Positions 1 to 15,900 of a stretch of 64,000 bases of DNA are shown piece after piece. Made by a program: the position numbers and the translations under genes. The notes beneath the pieces are model-generated. The model was not told where the DNA came from and made no database searches. It saw only the letters and a list, made by a program, of their open reading frames with translations. Each line of letters starts with the position of its first letter. Position 1 is the first letter of the stretch. The stretch comes from Eledone cirrhosa (Eukaryota): positions 359,228,001 through 359,292,000 of the forward strand of contig OZ024742.1 of the NCBI GenBank assembly GCA_964016885.1, read 5' to 3'.

Positions 1-165
1 CGAAATATACATAATAAAATATATATTTTGATTATGTGAACGTCTTCATTTATTAATATTTCGAATAATTGTTATAACTCCAGAAAATTATTTTTCTATA
101 GAGTTCGTTTAATCTATTGTAAATCTATATTCATTGAGTATTCAATGAACCATATTAACCTTTGG

Positions 166-166
<1 letters not shown>

Positions 167-260
<94 letters not shown>

Positions 261-345
261 GTAATAATAATAATAATAATATTATTATATATATATTTAT
301 ATATATATAATAATAATAATAATATTAATATATATATATTTATAT
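167..345. repeat. (TA)n/(TAA)n microsatellite, first of dozens of long (TA)n arrays (e.g. 1331-1672, 3216-3577, 7777-7978, 27501-27750, 47160-47320, 47755-48180, 50322-50465, 52621-52703, 56414-56508)
   Basis: Directly visible dinucleotide arrays; they generate the YIYIYI pseudo-ORFs. Confidence 0.98.
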
Positions 346-400
346 AAATTAATAAAGTACTGAATAAACAAAGAAACAGTTCCTTATATTAAAAAAATTC

Positions 401-538
401 ATCATTTTGCGATCGTTTCTAGGATATATATGTGTTAGTGTTGGTATGCATATTCTATAGATCTATGTAAATTATTTATACAAACTATCAGAGGGAATAT
501 ACATACCTACACATATATATGCTGTCTTCAGAAATAAT
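401..538 (-). ncRNA. Hammerhead ribozyme-like motif with long stem II (cleavage triplet mutated to GCA); homologous copy at 61261-61392
   Basis: Minus strand reads attattt-CTGAAGA-long hairpin-GAAAC-gatc-GCA-aaatgat; stem I pairs; the 61.3 kb copy has GTA. Confidence 0.6.
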
Positions 539-638
539 CATATATATTTATAAATATATAATAATAATAATAGTAATATTAATATATATATATTTATATA
601 TATATAATAATAATAATAATAGTAATATTAATATATAT

Positions 639-1453
<815 letters not shown>

Positions 1454-1539
1454 GTATATACATATATATATATAGGTATATACATATATATATATATATA
1501 TGTATATACATATATATATATATATGTATATATATATAC

Positions 1540-2043
<504 letters not shown>

Positions 2044-2069
2044 ATATACCTATATATACATATATATGT

Positions 2070-2435
2070 GTGGAAGTCGGACCTGTATTTGTCACCAATC
2101 ACTCAGATGGTGGATGGGTGCTACATGAGAATGCTGAGGATGGCTCGGAACATTAATCCGTATACACTGAGGATAAAAATCTCAGATCTGTATGGGAGCC
2201 TCCCAAAGGTCAGCTCAAAAGTGACACAGAGGACATTGAGATTAGCTGGACATGCTCACCTGTGGGAGCCTCTACATGGACACACTGGAAGAGGAAGACC
2301 AAGGTTAACGTATGTTGATCCCCTAAGGACAGGACACCGATCTGTTGGAGATGCAGGACATGGCAGTGATAATGAGGGACAGAGACCGCTGAAGAGAGCT
2401 CGTCCATGGATGTCGGGAATTGTACCCGCCCTAGA
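2070..2435 (+). mobile_element. RTE-clade LINE 3' fragment
   Basis: Translation DGCYMRMLRMA...LYGSLPKVSSKV..R.LRLAGH...LWEP.HG...RGRPRLTYVD is the typical RTE ORF C-terminus. Confidence 0.8.
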
Positions 2436-2912
2436 AATACATATATATATATATATATATGTGTATGTGTGTGTGTCTGTGTGTGTGTGTGTGTCTGTGT
2501 GTGTGTGTGTCTATAATATAGGAGGAAGATTGTCCTACATAGGTTCTTCATTTTCTTTATTGGGACTATTGATGTTTGTGAAGATATGTTGTTATTGGTA
2601 TTTCTCTTAAAACTATTACTATTTAGCTTTAGTATATTTCTGGAAAACAGTGCCATCCAGTCGATCATTAGGTACCTTCATTAATTATTACCATACACAC
2701 TATATACTATTCCACTAATGGTGTTTACTTTCAGTAATTTAATACATGAGGATAAAGTTTTGTTTATTCGAAATGTATCATATGTATAATGTCTGTTTGT
2801 ATTCATTTGTAAAATAAATAGATTATTTCTTTTTTCACCTTGCCATTCTGAAGTTCAATAATACGTATGAAATTTAGTATTGTAGTATAATTCTTGCTTT
2901 ATTCGTAATTAA

Positions 2913-3097
2913 TAATTGTTTCTACTTTTGGCACAAGGCCAGCAATTACCTCAGTACATTACTGGTACGTTATTTTATCGACCCCGTAGGATGAAAGGTA
3001 AAGTTAACCTCAGCGGGATTTGAACTCAGCCCGTAAAGGGACGTAACTATGCTGCAAAGCATTGTGTCCGACTTTCTACAGAAACTGCCAATCCACA
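2913..3097 (-). mobile_element. tRNA-derived SINE family 1 (other copies 17858-17918, 18990-19179, 21420-21590, 31325-31492, 35815-35912)
   Basis: Minus strand shows an A-box-like TGGCAG, a B-box GAGTTCAAATCCC and a conserved cctttcatcct..ggggtcgataaaata..gtacc core; six dispersed copies. Confidence 0.8.
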
Positions 3098-3276
3098 TTC
3101 GTAATTAATAATGGTAGAAAATAAACATTATTTCACTGCTTTTGTATCCTGATCAAGGGGTGGAACACTACATGAATCATGGATGGTGTTTCAACTAAGA
3201 TTTTATCTACTGGTGTATATATATATATATATATACACCAGTAGATATATATATATATACATATATATACACCAGT

Positions 3277-3357
<81 letters not shown>

Positions 3358-3368
3358 TATACACCAGT

Positions 3369-3407
<39 letters not shown>

Positions 3408-3418
3408 TATACACCAGT

Positions 3419-3493
<75 letters not shown>

Positions 3494-3504
3494 TATACAC
3501 CAGT

Positions 3505-3579
<75 letters not shown>

Positions 3580-3680
3580 TATTGAAATTTCCGTTGAAAA
3601 CAGAAAAGGTCATAGAATTGAAGAGTGCTCTATGTAAGTATCAGAGCAAAATTTAATGGATAAAAATCAATACAATATAA

Positions 3681-3756
3681 TTACCTCATTACCCGAGGTT
3701 TCCCGAATGAGGCGAATACGAAAGAAACGTCTTCATTCGTTCGTCAGACGAGGCAA
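3681..3756 (-). ncRNA. Hammerhead ribozyme in the inverted pLTR
   Basis: ttgcctcgt-CTGACGA-acgaatga...tcattcgg-GAAAC-ctcgg-GTA-atgaggtaa. Confidence 0.8.
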
Positions 3757-4029
3757 TATAACACATGGGTAAATACTTGGAAAGTCTCATCAAGAAAAGC
3801 AAAAAAACAAAAAAGATATAGACAAATGAATTAGAATATGAAATATATAATAATCTTTCAAGAAATATAGTTAGGTGTGTGTATATGTATGTATATACGC
3901 TCACAGATGTGCATATATGTGTATGCACATATGTATACGTATAGTGAAAAAGTGTGCTTAAATATATAATTTAGGGCAAATGTATCTGTATGTCTGTAAT
4001 CTACAGACAGAATAGATACATCATACCCA

Positions 4030-5296
4030 AGTAAAATGACACTTGGGTAAAAATATCTAACCCAGAGAACCCATTCGATGTCTCAATGGGCTCTTACGAC
4101 AGTGCTGATGTTTGTGATCTGGTCGGCCTATTCCTCCTACATACACTTAAAGAAAAATTTCCTAACCATATTTTGGGGCTTTATCACTACGATGGTCTAA
4201 TACTTTCCCATACCACCATAGGCCATAACTTAGATAGATTAAGGAAAGACTTAATAAAAACCTTCGCTAGTTTTAATCTTAAAATTACTATTGACACTAA
4301 CCTTTCCAATGTAGATTTCCTAGATATAAACCTAGATTTGCCTACTGCTTCTTATAAACCACACCATAAACCTAATGAAAACTTAAAATATATAAATAAA
4401 GGATCTTGCCATCCACCTGTTGTTTTTAAAAACCTTATCCCTAATATTAGCCGTAGGATCTCCACCCTCTCTTCCTCAGAAGCTATTTTTAATAAGGCAT
4501 CCCCCTACTATAATAAAGCCCTCAAAAAAAGCGGTTTTAGCGAACCGATTAAATACATACCCAACTATACTAACTCTATTAAACATAAAAACAGGAAAAG
4601 AAAAATAATCTGGTTCACCCCCCCCCCCCCCCCCCCTACTCTCTAGCAGTTAAAACTAATGTAGGCAAAAAATTCCTAGAGCTCCTAGATAAACATTTCC
4701 CTAGAACACATAGATACTATAAGATCTTTAACAGAAACTGTGTCAAAATTAGCTATTCCTGCGGTCCCCCTATTAAGTCCTATATCATCAACAAAATATC
4801 ACCTAGAGAAAATCAAACTTGCTCCTGTAGAATCAAAAGTGAATGCCCATTACAAGGTAAATGCAACACCAAAGCCATCGTATATGCAGCTAAAGTGACA
4901 ACCATCAGCAACAACCATCCAGCCACCAGTGAACGATATGTGGGTATGACGCAAGACAAATTCAAAACGCGTTATTACTCACATGTCGCATCCTTTCGAC
5001 ATATAGAAAAAAGATTTACAACAGCTCTGGCTAGCAGAATTTGGGATTTGAAAGACCAAGGCATCCAATATAAATTAGATTGGTCAATTTTGAACCAATC
5101 TAAAGAATATGCTAGAGGAACAAGAAAATGCACGCTCTGCATAAATGAAAAATATTGGATATTGCAAAATCTAAAATCACCAAAGACCTGCCTGAACACA
5201 AAGACGGAAATTTTCACCAGTTGCCCACACATGAAATCACACCTGCTTTCCAGCTCATATAAACTTAACACACTTTCAGATACTTATCCTCCATAA
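4030..5296 (+). pseudogene. PLE reverse transcriptase C-half, linker and GIY-YIG endonuclease (frameshift in the poly-C at about 4620-4637)
   Basis: FDVSMGSYDSADVCDLVGLFLL, GLYHYDGL (degenerate YRDD), FLDINLDL, KRKIIWFTPP, CSCRIKSECPLQGKC, IVY...YVGMT..KFKTRY, CTLCINEK. Confidence 0.92.
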
Positions 5297-5709
5297 ACTC
5301 TTATTATTCTCTTTTTAATTACCCTTTCTGATTTACTTGCATTTTTATCCTTATCATTAATTTCATTTATTTTTATTTTTATATTTATTTTTTAATTTTT
5401 ACTTCACATCCACCAATAACCCCCCCCCCCTTATTCTCCGATTCACTTACCTAATATTTTCACTTTCCATTTTTTACTTCCCTATTTCCTTCACTAACTG
5501 ATTATACATGTCATTTGTGTTTTCCACTCCAGATATATTTTTTATTTTTATTTTTATTTTTTATTTTTGCGCAGCCAATCTTACAATTTTATATTTGTAC
5601 TTACTTATCCACAAGTTTTTTACACCCTGTATCAATGTTTCTGAACGCCTTAATGTGTGTATACTTTCTATATATGTACATGAGCGACTACGTATGTGCG
5701 CGCGCGTGC

Positions 5710-5768
<59 letters not shown>

Positions 5769-6454
5769 CGTATGTGTATGTGTCTTTATATCCGTGTTTT
5801 TACATCTAGGTTTTATGTTTTGTTCCTTTTTTCTTCTCCCCCCCTTTATTTACTTACTCATTTTTATGCGTGTGCATGCAAACAGGTCAATACGCGTGAG
5901 TGTAAGTATGTGTGTGTGTGTACGTATCGAACGTATGGATGTGTAAGTGTGCGTGTGTATATAAGCATGGATATTTTTGCGTTTCTTTTGTGAGATATTC
6001 GTGTGTGTGTATGTACCTTTTTTGTCTTCTTTTCTTTAATTTTTTCTTTCTAAATTATTGTTCCATTTTTATAAATATATCGAGATTGATACTTTCCTTT
6101 AATTATTACACTCCCTTACCTCTTTTACTTCCGCATATAAGTGTACGTGTGTGTAGGTGTGTTTATGCGCGTGCCTTCATATTCTTATGATGTATCTATT
6201 CTGTCTGTAGATTACGGACATACAGATACATTTGCCCTAAATTATATATTTACGCACACTTTTTCACTATACGTATACATATGTGCATACACATATATGC
6301 ACATCTGTGAGCGTATATACATACATATACACACACCTAACTATATTTCTTGAAAGATTATTATATATTTCATATTCTAATTTATTTGTCTATATCTTTT
6401 TTGTTTTTTTGCTTTTCTTGATGAGACTTTCCAAGTATTTAGCCATGTTTTTTA

Positions 6455-6530
6455 TTGCCTCGCCTGACGAACGAATGAAGACGTTTCTTTCGTATTCGCC
6501 TCATTCGGGAAACCTCTGGTAATGAGGTAA
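6455..6530 (+). ncRNA. Hammerhead ribozyme in the 3' pLTR
   Basis: ttgcctcgc-CTGACGA-stem II-GAAAC-ctctg-GTA-atgaggtaa. Confidence 0.8.
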
Positions 6531-6553
6531 TTATATTGTATTGATTTTTATAC

Positions 6554-6585
<32 letters not shown>

Positions 6586-6588
<3 letters not shown>

Positions 6589-7700
6589 ATAATAATAAAT
6601 TTGAAGACTAAAATCCAAAGAGGGCTCGATAAGGATAAATATATATCAAATATATAAGAACGGTAGGGCAAATATTATACCCTAATGTATAGAACGATCT
6701 ATACGTGGATATTTTACGTCTTGATGTGGTAGCTAAGTATGTTCTGTTTATACCATTACTTATTTGCATAGGTAAGTATATATTACCTGTATGTTTTGTG
6801 AAAGTACGCATACCTTCTCGTACGTATATTTGATTGTATATGTTATGGCGTATAATTTTATGTATTCTGGTACATAGGGTTTGGTTATGTGTATATGGGA
6901 GTTTTGCGTCTGTGTGAGTATGCAGGTTCGTACGTATGTAGGGTGTGTGTATATGTGTACTTCGTGTTTTGGTTGATATACGTCTCCGAACATTTGTGTA
7001 TTTACATGTAGGTATGTGCGTGCGCTTGTTATATACGTATTTATTTATTTATATACGTTTATTTAATTATTTATTTATTTGTATACACGCATACACACAC
7101 ACACATATTTATATGTGCGTGGTTTCGTATACCTATGGTAAGTGTTTTCGCGTATGCTTGTGTATATACATATTTGTATGCGTGTATGTATTTATTTAAT
7201 TTCTATTACTTCTGTATTGTATTTATTTACTTTGTTCTTAACTCTGAAGCGGATATTCATTCGGTCTCCTAGTTAGAATTTTAGTCTACGACTTCTGCTA
7301 TACCATGTACGTGGTTTTGTCTTTGCGTGCAATTGTTCTCCACGCTCCACATATGACGTATTATCTTCGTTTTTTTTCTTTCATTGCCAGAGAACGTCTC
7401 TATGAACCACCTAAGAGAACATTAGTCTACGACCTCTTTTATACCATAGACGTGGTTCTGTCTTTGCGCGTAATTGTTTTTCACCGCTCCTATTAATGAC
7501 GTATCTTATTCGTTTTTTCCCGTTCTTTGCCAGGCAACGTTTCCACGAACCAAAGTATCGTCTTCCTGTCTTTCTCCGGTTGCAACGTTTTTTGAAATAT
7601 CCACTTTTGCGTTTACAGATTGACTTTGTTAGTTTCAGAAGATCCCGTTAAGGGTGAAAGCAGCGACTCTTTGCTTAAACTTCAATCTGTTATTTTAATA
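6586..7700 (+). mobile_element. TA-flanked non-coding repeat, probable PLE 3' region, with an internal roughly 140 bp tandem duplication
   Basis: Ends recur at 22587-22635, 22715-22775, 22960-23130 and 48450-48510; HHR-like CAGAAGA-tccc..ggg-t-GAAAG near 7636-7670. Confidence 0.55.
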
Positions 7701-7774
7701 AATATATATATATACATATATATTAGAAAGTGAGGTTTTCTTTACAAAATGAAAAATAACCGAGGTGTAACCAT

Positions 7775-11058
<3,284 letters not shown>

Positions 11059-11860
11059 TATATATATATCTTGGTTGTCCATCGTAAACGATGATGACAT
11101 TTTTATTGCTGTTCCCCTCTACCGTGGGCACGAATGTGGTTGGGGAGGCCGATCCTTGATTTGCAGGTCCGGGGACAGTGAGGGCAGTAGAAGAGACCGG
11201 AGTCAGACTGGCAACTGCCAGAGGTTACCTCCAACTCTTGCCCATCGCCGCAGGGCTTTGGGAGTGCACGCTAAAGAAGAAACCTGTGCGGGGAAGGTTT
11301 ATAGTGGGAAGACCAGTGCACAGTGACGGTCCCCCTCACTCGGCCGCAGAATCCAGAATCCGGTGGTACGTAGGACCGTCACCACCAGGGACTTCCCTGG
11401 CTGCAGTGGATGGCCACGACGTCTGTAGTGCCTTGCCGTGCCCTAGCGCTCCACACCGCTTGTTGTCGCCGCCTTCGTGACCGTTGGGACTATGTTGTCC
11501 TCCTCCACTCACTCCGCCGGGTCCAGTCTTCGCATTCAGGAGCAGACATCCCCTATCTAACTCACCGGGGGGGGGGGTCAGGCCCGTCCCGCTACCCTCA
11601 ACCTGCTTCGGCCCGCCAGCCGGGGTGTGGCCGCTGCCGCATGCTACAGCTTCTTGGGGCCACAGGTGAGAGGTGTGTGTCAGGTGGGACCCAATGCAGG
11701 ACGAGCTGTCCTGAAAAGGGCATGGCTATCCCTCCCTACAGAGGTACATGCCCCTCCCTGACACCCCAGGCATATACACGCGCATATACATACACATACA
11801 TATGTACATGTGTATATACATATTTACACATTTTTGGATGGCCGTTGACTCTTATGAGTT

Positions 11861-11929
<69 letters not shown>

Positions 11930-11934
11930 CCAAA

Positions 11935-12610
11935 CAGTAACCAAACATTCCGCTACGTTTCTTGTAATTTTGTATTTCCCATTTTCGCTAGATTTGTGGT
12001 CCCACGCTTTCATATCGACTGTCTCCTTCTCTCTCTCCGCTTTATTCTCTCTCTCGTTCTCCCTCCCTCCTCTCTCTCTATCCATCTGCTCGTTTTCGAC
12101 CGTGTTTTACACATGTCGGAAAACTCTTTTGGATTATCTCCCTTTCCCTACTACCTCTCACTTTCGGTTTCTCCGTCTCTCGCTCTCTCTCTCTCTACGC
12201 TCACGTTGCTGAGTTCGCACGGAAAAACACCGCTCCGAAGTTATTTGACCACAAGACTTAAGTCTAATCGGTTCGTTGTAACTTATTCTATCTTCTCCTC
12301 AGTTACTCGCATGTGCTATTGTCCTGTATCCTCCTCCATTCGGTTTGTTTACTTCGTTTCGTTTTTCCTCTTTCCTTTTTCCTCTTTCTTCCTATCTCTT
12401 CACTATTTTTTTATTTTCTTTCCCTTATGGCCTTATGATCGATAAAAGGCCTTGGGCGCGCTGCTGATCTATTTCGATGTCCTGTTTTAAGCGCCGAAAC
12501 ATCTATGATCGCAGTTAACAGCTGACGAAGGGTTTCTTCTCTTGTTTACGTCCATATTACTATCTTACACTTTGTTTACAGTAACCACACAGCCCGCTAC
12601 GTTTCTCGTA
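11935..12610 (+). mobile_element. TA-flanked pyrimidine-rich non-coding element with a roughly 32 bp terminal direct repeat (pLTR-like)
   Basis: cagtaacca.aca..ccgctacgtttct.gta at both ends; GAAAC and CTGACGA motifs at 12497-12529. Confidence 0.5.
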
Positions 12611-12667
12611 TATATATAAGCAAAATAAATAAATGAAGGAGGAGCAATTCGTTTAAAACCAAATGTT

Positions 12668-12768
12668 ACTTCTTACATTATGTTTCAACTATACCACAGC
12701 AACTAACAATGTTTACGCACGTGTAAAGTTAGTTGTTAACGCTGTTAGTACGAATTCCTCAGAGAAGA
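12668..12768 (-). ncRNA. Hammerhead ribozyme with extended stem II
   Basis: cttct-CTGAGGA-long hairpin (aacaactaac/gttagttgct)-GAAAC-ataat-GTA-agaag. Confidence 0.72.
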
Positions 12769-12876
12769 TATAATTGTTAATACTGATGCCAATCAAGGTT
12801 GGTCTTACCAGCCAATCTGGCTAAAAGTTCATTTAAAGCAGAGGTTAATAGACTTTGCTTTAAATGAACTTTTATA

Positions 12877-12883
12877 TAGATAA

Positions 12884-12949
<66 letters not shown>
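12877..12949. repeat. (GATA)n microsatellite (also 59294-59309 and 59698-59765)
   Basis: Direct observation. Confidence 0.97.
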
Positions 12950-15900
12950 CAATTTCTTTATTAGCCACAAGGGCACACAATAAGGTGAAAAATACAAATG
13001 GGGAGTTTACATACAGGTATATGAAAATAAAACTATTAATAAAATAACAAATAACAATTGAAACCCCAATAGGGGGGAGGCGTTACACAGGTGTTGTACA
13101 CACACCAAAAAATTTACAGCCCTCATCTCCAGGAGCACCAGGAATGAGTACTCCCTTCCTCTGTTTCCTCAACCTACAGGCTTATATAGAGAGAAGGCCC
13201 AACCACTTGGGCCATCTTTGCCACATTCACCAACCTTTTATAAAATTTGCTGGGTTACAGCACCTCTCTTTCCATCCTGATTCTTCTTCCAAAATGATAT
13301 TTTAAAAAACAAATCAGTTGTTCGCCGGAGAGAAAGGTGTCTGACCTCAGCCCTTTTAACCTCGTCCTCCATATAACCTCCTTCACATAGGAAACAAACC
13401 ACCTCGTTTTTGAAGGAGTGTGGCGGTTTGAACATGACAATGGACTCGGTGGTCAAATGGATTGGTCCCTCCCGCGACAATAGTCGTTCTACATAGCCCC
13501 ACATGTCTGTAACGCCCGGGAAGTGTACAAATGCGTGCGCGACGGTTTCGTCGTCGCGTACTCATCTCGGACAGATCTTTGTCAATGGGTCCTTACCCGG
13601 GCGCCCGTGTCTGTAGAGCTTGTCTCGAACTGGTAGAGCTCCTCGGTAGCACTACAAGGCCAGGGACTTTTGGAAGTTGTCCATTGGTCCCGGGCGGAAC
13701 GTTCTACCGAACAGACTGGGCAGTTCGTCCTCCTCTACGCCTAGAGTTTCACCGAGCGTGTCGTCGCACTTGCTGCGGACCAACCCTCTATAGAATGTCG
13801 AAGTGGAGTCTCCACTGATCGCCGGGTCAGTTTGCCAGAGGACTGTGAGCGCCTGAGCACATTCGATGTGCCAGTCGCCCATTTTCCTCGGTCTTTGCTT
13901 GACCCAGGACTGCAGCTCGGTCAGCGAGACAAGTCGTGGGAAGGCTCGCCTCACGAACGGGACCCACAATGGTTGTCTGGTGAGGAATACGTGGAGGTGC
14001 CGCAGTCTGAGCGCGTGTTTGCGCATCGTCAGCCACGGCATCACCAGCCCTTCGTTGGAAGGGTGTTGGCAGCAGATGGATCTTCTCACCAAAGGAGCCC
14101 GTTTCTTCCAAAGGAATTGGAAGAGCGCGCGCTCCATTTTGGTGAGCGTTTTGGTTGGACAAGACACGGCGGTCAAGCGGTAGTAGATGACGGACGCTAA
14201 AAAAGTGTTCGCCACCTCCGCTCGACCTTTCAAGGATAGTTTGCACTCGGCCCACTTCTGGGTGAGCTCAAACACCTTAGCCGTCACCTCGTTCCAGTTC
14301 TTCTCCACCTGGAGGTCCGAACCAAACCAGACCCTGAGCAGCTTTACCGGCCCTTCCGTCCAGCGTCCGACAACGCCATCGGAAGGCATCGGTTTGACTC
14401 TCCACGTTCCGAGTTGCAAACTTCGCTCCTGTGAACCTTTCGTATTCCTCCAGTAAGGTGACGACCTCCCCGATTTGCGAGGTGCTCGACACCATTACTG
14501 TCACGTCGTCAGCGTAGGCCGACGCCGCTTTCCGCAGTCCCGGTTCCAAAGGGATGCCCTGCAATAGCTCCAACTTCCGCAGTAGTGGCTCGAGAGTCAG
14601 TACGTACAGAAGGGAGGAGAGAGGGCATCCCTGTCAGATGGATCGCGTGATATGGAACGGCTCCGAGAAGTAGCCGTTCACCTTCGCCCTTGAGAAGATG
14701 TTGCTGTTGTGCATTGCAGCAATCCAGCCCCTGAACACGGGTCCGAAGCCTGCCGCCTCGAGCACCTCATCCAGGTAACCATTGTCAACCCTATCGAAAG
14801 CTTTAGACTGATCCAAGTTGATCAGGGCCCCACCGAAGCCGGGTTTACACCCTAGCCTCTCTATGATGTATCGCATGAGGTGGAGGCTGTCGTGTATGGA
14901 CCTAGTCGGGATTGCGCATGTCTGCGCTTCTACCACCAGGTTTTCGACGACAAGCGCCAGCTTCTTTGCCAACACCTTGGCCAAAATCTGTAACTCTGTG
15001 TATAGCAGAGTTATGGGCTGGAGGCTGCCTATGTCATCCCCCTTATTCTCGTCCTTCCTAACTAACGTGACTACGGCCTTGGTCACAGAACTGGGAATTC
15101 TCCCGTTCTGCTGCCAGTTGCAGTAGACCGCTTCCAGTAGACCGGAGAACAAGTCCGGCATTGCTACGTAAAATTCGTAGGGTAGACCGTCGAGACCTGG
15201 AGATTTGCGTTTGCCGCATTGGCTCAGCGCGTCCCCTATCTCAGCGGCCGAAATCGGCTTTTCGCAGAAATTCGCCTCGCTGTCCGAGAGTCGCGGTAGG
15301 CCGTCGAGGTATGGACCGAAATCCATAACCCCTCCCGGCGCGCCACCCTGTCCGAACAGTTGAGCAAAGTGCCGCTGAAAGGCCGCGCACATCTGCTTCG
15401 GCTCACGTATCACGTGTCCGTCTTGGTCCTTCAAAGACCGAATCGTGGACTTGTTGTCACTTTTCGCCTCCGTCACTTGGGCCCAGCTAACATCTTCTGC
15501 TACCTCGTTTCCCAGAGCACGTATTTTGCTTCTGACAACGCAGCCTTCATGCTTTGCGTCGAAGAACTGGTCCAAGGCCGTTCTCTCGCTAGCACGCTGG
15601 CTACTTTGCCACTCCTAAGTGCCTCTTCTACTTTATCTACCAGTTCCTTTTCGGTCTTATTTCTATCTAACACTAATACTTTACTAAAACCTATCGTGTC
15701 TATTCTAACTGCCCTCTTGAGAGAGTACCACCATATGTTGTTGACAATGGCCCCCGTCAAGTGCTGCTTAACTAAAGTACTAATCTGTCTACTGTAGGCT
15801 TTGCATGTCGGTAATGACAATTTCAGCTTCCAGGAGCCGGGTCCCTGTCTATGGGTTTTGTCAAGGTTGACTAAGCAGGTCTCTAATTTGTGATCTGAAT

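Larger units (their letters stand above)
3578..6556 (+). mobile_element. 5'-truncated Penelope-like element (Naiad-type) with an inverted pLTR copy at its 5' end
   Basis: RT-thumb-GIY-YIG coding remnant at 4030-5296; 3660-4025 is the reverse complement of 6187-6555; HHR in both copies; TA arrays on both sides. Confidence 0.92.

Noticed and set aside
2990-3097. tRNA gene suggested by A and B boxes
   Set aside because: No cloverleaf; it is the head of a multi-copy SINE
3133-3207. Possible minus-strand terminal exon ([24 protein letters not shown])
   Set aside because: Short, no recognisable domain, no partner exons
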